Source: Synechococcus sp.
GTDB lineage: Bacteria > Cyanobacteriota > Cyanobacteriia > Thermostichales > PCC-7336
Reading direction: 5' to 3'
DNA: 13,063 bases
Assembly: GCA_051439425.1 (NCBI GenBank)
Contig: JBFRWD010000145.1
Location: forward strand, 1-13,063
Shown: positions 7,958-13,063 of the stretch, piece by piece
Layout: the number at the start of each line of letters is the position of its first letter
How positions within the stretch are numbered: the stretch's first letter is position 1
Position numbers and translations under genes: made by a program
Notes under the pieces: generated by a model
Told to the model about the DNA's origin: nothing
The model's input: only the letters and a program-made list of their open reading frames with translations
Databases searched by the model: none

Positions 7958-8001
7958 CCAGAACTGAGATCCCAAAGCACCAGAACTGAGATCCCAAAGC
8001 A
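7958..8001. repeat. Perfect 22-bp tandem duplication (ccagaactgagatcccaaagca x2)
   Basis: Identical units at 7958-7979 and 7980-8001 with no spacer. Confidence 0.95.
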
Positions 8002-8044
8002 AGGAATAGGAAATGAGAGAATGCTGTTTCCATGTCCTCAGCCC

Positions 8045-8230
8045 TTACGCGGTCAAAAACTCAGCCTCCAATTCTTGAACCCTCTTAGGAACTTCGATGA
8101 GATTGAAGGGAGTTCCTGTCCGTTCGTTGAAGGTGCAATCGCAGGTGTGACAGCGGAATAAAGGATAACCAAGTTTAGTCGTTCGCTTGAGGCTGGTTGT
8201 GTCACTTGATGTGCAATGGGAACAGTTCAT
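8045..8230 (-). pseudogene. Truncated transposase, N-terminal zinc ribbon only (IS6-family-like)
   Basis: MNCSHC...GYPLFRCHTCDCTFNERTGTPFN resembles the CxxC...CxxC-FNERTGTPFN N-terminus of cyanobacterial IS6-type transposases. The ORF stops at 61 aa with no DDE domain. Confidence 0.72.
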
Positions 8231-8316
8231 TCAAGGCAAAACGACGAGGCTGGAGTAGGGGTTGGCCAGCTTATCAGATCGATCGCCCCTGCTGAGATCT
8301 CAATCCTGACAGATTC
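8045..8316 (-). mobile_element. IS remnant (left end plus transposase 5' fragment)
   Basis: Transposase fragment plus GAATCTGTCAGGATTG (minus strand, 8316-8301), resembling a degenerate IS6-type GGnnCTGT terminal repeat about 85 nt upstream of the ATG. No matching right end seen. Confidence 0.5.
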
Positions 8317-8410
8317 TCCCCTCCTGGCTCTGTCTAAAAGAAACCGTTACAGTTGACGACACGAATGCAGCTACATCAACGCAGAGTTCGTGTCCAACCG
8401 GTTACCGCTT

Positions 8411-9733
8411 ATGTTCAGGATTGTTTCTCGATATCGCTGGCGCAGACTGCTCAAAATGGGAGGGGTCTGGTGCGGTATTGGTCTGTGCGTAATTGGGATA
8501 TGGATGGCCGCCGGATTGTGGCGATACACTTCCATATTTCAGGACTCTTCGGCAGCAGCGCAATCGACCTTTGCTCAATCGACCTTTGCTCAATCCACCT
8601 TTGCTCAATCAACCCTCCCTCAAGCAGAAATTCGCGGGGTGTGGATTACGGCCAACGATACAGGTATGGTTCGCGATCGCGCGCGCATGCAAGCCGCCAT
8701 TTCTCAACTATCGCGCTTAAATTTCAACACGATATATCCAGTGGTCTGGAACTCCGGATATGCCCTCTACCCCAGTACCGTTGCTCGCACTGCAGGAATT
8801 CAGCCTTTTGTGCGGCGAGGAAACAACGGTCAAGACATCCTGGCCGATCTCATCGAAAACGCCCACCGCGAAAACATCGCCGTGTTGCCCTGGTTCGAAT
8901 TTGGCTTCATGGCCCCACCGACTTCTGAGTTAGCACTAGCCCATCCCCGGTGGTTGACGCAACGGCAGGATGGCACGCAAACCATTCAAAACGCAGCCGG
9001 TGAAGTGGTGTGGATGAATCCGCTCCATCCCGAAGTGCAGCAATTCGTCACCGACTTAGTCTTAGAACTGGTCAATCGCTACGACATCGACGGCATTCAA
9101 TTTGACGATCATGCCAGCTTCCCGGTGGAATTCGGCTACGACGATTACACCCTGAATTTATATCGCTCCGAAACCGGACAAAATCCCCCCAACGATCCCC
9201 ATAACTCCAACTGGAAGCGCTGGCGGGCCAATAAATTAACGGCATACATAGAACAACTGCGTCAGGCCGTGAAAAACACTAAGCCCGATATCGTATTTTC
9301 CATCGCTCCCACCACTTACCTGACAGCCTACAACTCGTTTTTACAAGACTGGGTGGACTGGGTGGAGCGCGGCATTGCGGATGAGGCGATCGTGCAAATT
9401 TACCGCCACGATCTACAAAGTTTCCATCACGAAGTCCAAAAAACCGAAATCGAGGCAACACGCAAGCAAATTCCACTGGGCGTGGGTATTTTGGCCGGAT
9501 TGCGAACGAAACCGGTGAGCAGTCAGGCTATCCAGGACAAAGTACAGACTGCTCGGGCTAGCGGGCTAGGGCTGACGTTCTTCTCCTACGAAAGTTTGTG
9601 GGAAACCACTGCAGAATCGCCAGAAGCACGCCAAGCACTGTTCCAATCCCTGTTTGGTCGATCGCGAGTCCCACGGGCAACAAAGCAATTTGATGAATCT
9701 CCCGTGTACGAATACCGCCGTGCGGTGTCTTAG
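8411..9733 (+). CDS. Glycoside hydrolase-like family 10 (GHL10/DUF187, YddW/DigH-like), exported or membrane-anchored
   Basis: EIRGVWIT, NFNTIYPVVWNSG, PWFEFG, WMNPLHPEVQQF, YDIDGIQFDDH and QDWVDW motifs; basic then hydrophobic N-terminus. Start uncertain (GTG 8390, ATG 8411 or ATG 8456). Confidence 0.88.
   Translation: MFRIVSRYRWRRLLKMGGVWCGIGLCVIGIWMAAGLWRYTSIFQDSSAAAQSTFAQSTFAQSTFAQSTLPQAEIRGVWITANDTGMVRDRARMQAAISQLSRLNFNTIYPVVWNSGYALYPSTVARTAGIQPFVRRGNNGQDILADLIENAHRENIAVLPWFEFGFMAPPTSELALAHPRWLTQRQDGTQTIQNAAGEVVWMNPLHPEVQQFVTDLVLELVNRYDIDGIQFDDHASFPVEFGYDDYTLNLYRSETGQNPPNDPHNSNWKRWRANKLTAYIEQLRQAVKNTKPDIVFSIAPTTYLTAYNSFLQDWVDWVERGIADEAIVQIYRHDLQSFHHEVQKTEIEATRKQIPLGVGILAGLRTKPVSSQAIQDKVQTARASGLGLTFFSYESLWETTAESPEARQALFQSLFGRSRVPRATKQFDESPVYEYRRAVS
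8558..8617 (+). repeat. In-frame 15-bp tandem repeat x4 encoding AQSTF-AQSTF-AQSTF-AQSTL
   Basis: gcgcaatcgaccttt / gctcaatcgaccttt / gctcaatccaccttt / gctcaatcaaccctc. Confidence 0.93.
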
Positions 9734-9736
9734 CCC

Positions 9737-10714
9737 ATGAACCGCTTGTTCGTTCTGCAACTCTCCATCTGTGCCATTGGGGCTTGCTATCAAACCATCA
9801 GTTCAGTGCTGGAGAACCAACAACCCCCTCCAGGCAAACGTATCGATATTGGCGGCCATCAACTGCATTATTGCGATCGCGGTCAGGGCTCCCCCACCAT
9901 CGTGCTCGACCACAGCTTGGGCGGAGTGGACGGATACTTACTGCTCGATCGCCTCAGTCAACTTTCTCGCACCGTTATTTACGATCGTGCTGGTTATGGA
10001 TGGAGCGATCGCAGTTCGCAACCGCGCACCAGCCACCAAATTGTTTTGGAGCTGGATGAGTTGCTGACAAAAGCAGGAATCGAGCCGCCTTACCTTCTCG
10101 TGGGTGATTCGTTTGGCAGCTACAACATGCGGCTGTATGCCTATCGCTTCCCTGAAAAAGTAGCTGGGTTGGTGTTGACGGACGGGTTGCACGAAGCTGA
10201 AATGTTGCTGATGCCCAAGCGCCTAAAGCTACTACAGGCATTCTTCATCTCCGGATTTGTGATGTCTGCATTCGGATCGGCGATCGGTGCCATCCGGCTC
10301 CTAAACCAAGTTGGTTTGTTCGAGATTCTTAAACCCAATCTGCGCCAGATCCCCAAGCCCGCTCTAGGCAACACAAAATACTCATTCTTGCGCCCTAGCC
10401 ACTGGGTCACCATGACCCGCGAGTTGTGGAGCTTACGACAGAGCGGTCACCAGCTAGCTGAAGCCAAACATCTCGGCAATTTGACTGTGGTCAGCATTCA
10501 AGCCGATACGTTCCTTCATCCCTACATTTGGAATGGATTCTTGCCAATAAGGGCTGCCAACAACCTACACGATCGCATTCATCCCCATCTAGCTCGACTC
10601 TCCTCTCGCGTAGAAACGCTAAAGGCACCGGGCAGCGACCACTTTGTTTGGGTGGAACGTCCCGATGTGATGATTGAGGCGGTCAAACTGGTGCTGGAGA
10701 TGATGCAAAACTAA
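9737..10714 (+). CDS. Alpha/beta fold hydrolase
   Basis: PPGKRIDIGGHQLH, YDRAGYGWSD, nucleophile elbow LVGDSFG (GxSxG), VAGLVLTD, catalytic His in SDHFVW. Starts 3 bp after the GHL10 stop. Confidence 0.9.
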   Translation: MNRLFVLQLSICAIGACYQTISSVLENQQPPPGKRIDIGGHQLHYCDRGQGSPTIVLDHSLGGVDGYLLLDRLSQLSRTVIYDRAGYGWSDRSSQPRTSHQIVLELDELLTKAGIEPPYLLVGDSFGSYNMRLYAYRFPEKVAGLVLTDGLHEAEMLLMPKRLKLLQAFFISGFVMSAFGSAIGAIRLLNQVGLFEILKPNLRQIPKPALGNTKYSFLRPSHWVTMTRELWSLRQSGHQLAEAKHLGNLTVVSIQADTFLHPYIWNGFLPIRAANNLHDRIHPHLARLSSRVETLKAPGSDHFVWVERPDVMIEAVKLVLEMMQN

Positions 10715-10774
10715 GATTTCTGCGATTCTCCACGAACCGCTGCATGTAGCGGGGCAACACTCAGACAAATAGGC

Positions 10775-10780
10775 TATGAT
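10775..10780 (+). promoter_or_regulatory. Candidate -10 box for ssrA
   Basis: TATGAT ends 13 nt before the mature tmRNA 5' end, consistent with a short RNase P-processed leader. Confidence 0.55.
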
Positions 10781-10793
10781 GGATGAACTTCAC

Positions 10794-11185
10794 GGGGCTG
10801 TAACGGTTTCGACGCGTTAGCGAAAGTTCCTTTGTGATGCTGGTCGGGATTGAGCTTATCCCGTTATCAACAGGCTCAAGCACATTAAGTGCCAACAACA
10901 TCGTTGCTTTTTCTCGTAAACCTGCTGCAGTAGCAGTAGCTTAAGTCGAACACTTAGAATTCGATCGAGGACTGATTCACGACTCCGCTACCCGAGTCAG
11001 TCAAAACCTCAGCGGATGCACCTAGTAGACTCCTTCAGTAGGCTGCTGGTTTAAGACTAAACTGGAGCATCCCACCGTTAGGGATAAGTGACGGTTCCCG
11101 TTCCGAGGATTAGAGGAACTAGGCCAGTGAATGAATGAAGGGCGACTACCTAGAGCGGACACGGGTTCGACTCCCGTCAGCTCCA
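10794..11185 (+). ncRNA. ssrA: tmRNA (one-piece), tag peptide ANNIVAFSRKPAAVAVA*
   Basis: 5' GGGGCTGTAACGGTTTCGAC; 3' T-arm ACGGGTTCGACTCCCGT then CAGCTCCA (G3-U70 alanine acceptor stem). Resume codon GCC at 10891 through TAA at 10942-10944. 3' CCA is not encoded. Confidence 0.97.
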
Positions 11186-11207
11186 TCCTATTTGATACTC
11201 AATCCAA

Positions 11208-11242
11208 TGGGTTCCTATCATTTCGATAGGAGCTTATTTTTT
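11208..11242 (+). terminator. Intrinsic terminator of ssrA
   Basis: Stem tgggttcctatc / gataggagctta (12 bp including G-U pairs), 5-nt loop, followed by T6. Confidence 0.85.
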
Positions 11243-11585
11243 GTCAAACTACAGCTCAAATAACTACGTCAAGAAGCGCAACGGGGTTATCACCCTCATC
11301 AATAAATGCTTGCGAAATTGTGTAGCATTTAGCATTTCAGCCATCCACAATCCCTACAGTGCAAAGGTCCTGACGTTCTAGTCGAGATGGCGGACTACCT
11401 GTAGCCTTGGCAAAGACTCTTGGATATAGTTGACTTCGCAAGGAGCTTAACAATTGTTTTATGCATAGGGTGACACCTCTTAAGTGTCCAGTCCCTACCT
11501 TCAAAGTTAGCTAGCCGGTACCTTGACAGCGTCTCAGTTACGTTTGCAGTTAACTGCTGACAAAATTTTGCTGAGGGAGTCACTG

Positions 11586-13063
11586 ATGGTGCGGAGTTTT
11601 AACCAATTCGGGGGAATTAGCGATCGGATATCTGCAACCGCTCTTCTCAGGCTAACGGCCAAACTCTTGCCACTATTCTCCGCAGTCACAGCTGCTGGCC
11701 TGCTGGCTGCTGGTCCTGTCCTTGCTCAAACCACCTCTACACCTGAGCAAGAAGAGGCAGCCACCGCCGATTCCCTAAGGGTGAGCACCTCCACGGAAGC
11801 TCTACGCATCAATCCACAATTCCGCGTCGGCGCCAACACCGAGTCAGGAGGGATCCCGGCCTCTCTCAATGCGTTTGATGGGTTCTTCCCCGTTCTGCAA
11901 ACTCCGGGCACATCTATCACTTACCTCAACCCGCGCCTTAACATCGATTTCGATGACGAGAATCGTTTAGGGGGATCGCTCTTATTCGGTCACCGCAGCT
12001 ACAGCCCAGATCACCAGCGAATTTTGGGTGGATACTTGGGTTTAGATGTCAGGGATACAGGCGAGAATGTATTTCCACAAATTGGTTTCGGGTTTGAACG
12101 GCTAGGTAAGCACTGGGATATTCGTGCCAACGGTTACGTCCCGGTGGGAGATACTCGCCAACGCATAGATCGCGAAGTGTTTGCCTCCAGCCAGACATCC
12201 ATCGCTATCGGAGAACCGACGTTTTCTGGCAATCTCCTGTCCAGTAATGTCACCAGTACCACCACAGATACTCGCACCCAGATTGATCGCCTAGAAGCTG
12301 CACTGGGTGGATTTGATGTGGAGGCGGGGACGCGGCTAGTCAGCTGGAACGAGCACGGCGAAATGCGCTTGTACGGTGGACTCTACTATCTGGGAGGCCA
12401 CGATGTTAGCAGTATTGGTGGACGAGGTCGGCTAGAAATTGTCCCCACCGAATCCATCCGCTTGATGGCTGGCATCCAGGGGGATCCGGTCTTTGACGTG
12501 CGGGGATTTTTCTCGGCGAGTTTTCTGTTGCCGACTCCAAAAGCTTTACAAACAGACACCGATCCCGATGAAAAGGCGGAGGCGATCGCCACAGTGGGGG
12601 AAACCGTTACCCGTTTGGCGGATCCGGTGGCGCGGGACTTCAATGTAGTGGTGGAGGAACAGCAAGAGGTTGATACTACCGTTGCCACTACTTCCATTTC
12701 AGAAGAGTTTGTCTTCCGTAATCCCGAGACCGGCGCTGCTTGGCGTTTTACTCACGTTACTTCGGGGGGCAATAGCGACGGAACCTTCGAGGACCCATTC
12801 GGAACGCTAGAAGAAGCATTGGTCAGCGGACTGCAGCAGGATGGCAACGATGTTGTTTACGTTCGGCTGGGAGACGAAGCGAGTCCAGGCATCGACCTCA
12901 TAGCTGCAGGTGTGCAAAACATCCAAATTTTGTCAGATGGTCCCTTGCAAACTCTGCCGATACAGCCATTTAATGGGGAAAGTACCGTTGAAATCCCATT
13001 CTCCAACCGTGGCCAGTTGACCCAAGTGACTGCTCCGGTGGTACTCAACAACAACATCACAAT
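11586..13063 (+). CDS. Inverse autotransporter-like (intimin/invasin-type beta-barrel) surface protein with probable beta-helix passenger; 3' end lies beyond the window
   Basis: ATG 11586 with GAGGGAG upstream; 492 codons with no stop. Signal peptide ends ...GLLAAGPVLA|QTT. Barrel motifs GGSLLFGHRSY, LGGYLGLDVRDT, QIGFGFERLGKHWDIRANGYVPVG, EAALGGFDVEAG and RLADPVARDFNVVV. Passenger starts with DGTFEDPFGTLEEAL...DVVYV. Confidence 0.82.
   Translation, partial: MVRSFNQFGGISDRISATALLRLTAKLLPLFSAVTAAGLLAAGPVLAQTTSTPEQEEAATADSLRVSTSTEALRINPQFRVGANTESGGIPASLNAFDGFFPVLQTPGTSITYLNPRLNIDFDDENRLGGSLLFGHRSYSPDHQRILGGYLGLDVRDTGENVFPQIGFGFERLGKHWDIRANGYVPVGDTRQRIDREVFASSQTSIAIGEPTFSGNLLSSNVTSTTTDTRTQIDRLEAALGGFDVEAGTRLVSWNEHGEMRLYGGLYYLGGHDVSSIGGRGRLEIVPTESIRLMAGIQGDPVFDVRGFFSASFLLPTPKALQTDTDPDEKAEAIATVGETVTRLADPVARDFNVVVEEQQEVDTTVATTSISEEFVFRNPETGAAWRFTHVTSGGNSDGTFEDPFGTLEEALVSGLQQDGNDVVYVRLGDEASPGIDLIAAGVQNIQILSDGPLQTLPIQPFNGESTVEIPFSNRGQLTQVTAPVVLNNNIT

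Larger units (their letters stand above)
4534..12589. repeat. Dispersed HIP1 octamers (GCGATCGC)
   Basis: Perfect copies start at 4534, 6780, 8673, 9873, 10005 and 12582, plus many CGATCG cores; characteristic of most cyanobacterial genomes. Confidence 0.85.

Noticed and set aside
11340..11404. HDV-like ribozyme or canonical c-di-GMP-I riboswitch
   Set aside because: The pairing order resembles HDV, but the P3/L3 segment is too long and does not pair. The c-di-GMP-I first stem with its GNRA loop is missing. Kept only as an unnamed candidate structure.
11160..11585. Genomic island integrated at the ssrA 3' end
   Set aside because: The terminator follows directly, and no integrase or duplicated ssrA 3' end is visible in the window.
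2797..13060. Remaining short overlapping track ORFs (e.g. 3160-3501, 7054-7497, 8353-8928, 9771-10067, 11395-11583, 12386-12697)
   Set aside because: Antisense or alternate-frame shadows of well-supported genes, or short intergenic frames with no motifs or RBS.

Overview
Cyanobacterial chromosomal window (six perfect HIP1 GCGATCGC octamers; cyanobacterial-type tmRNA tag ANNIV...). Left to right: (1) a minus-strand ORF of at least 783 aa, absent from the ORF track because it runs off the left edge, with TIR - P-loop STAND NTPase - 46-aa TPR array architecture (NLR/Avs-like, candidate defence sensor); (2) a divergent ybjQ-like / membrane-anchored ybjQ-like / M48 Zn-peptidase cluster; (3) a minus-strand URC-type uracil catabolism cluster (GTP cyclohydrolase II-like Urc1, DUF1688/Urc4, upp) with a candidate NtcA-activated promoter; (4) a 22-bp tandem duplication and an IS6-like transposase remnant; (5) a GHL10 glycoside hydrolase and an alpha/beta hydrolase; (6) one-piece tmRNA (ssrA) with promoter and terminator; (7) the 5' part of an inverse-autotransporter-like beta-barrel surface protein running off the right edge, also absent from the ORF track. 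All family assignments come from motif recognition by eye; no database searches were run.
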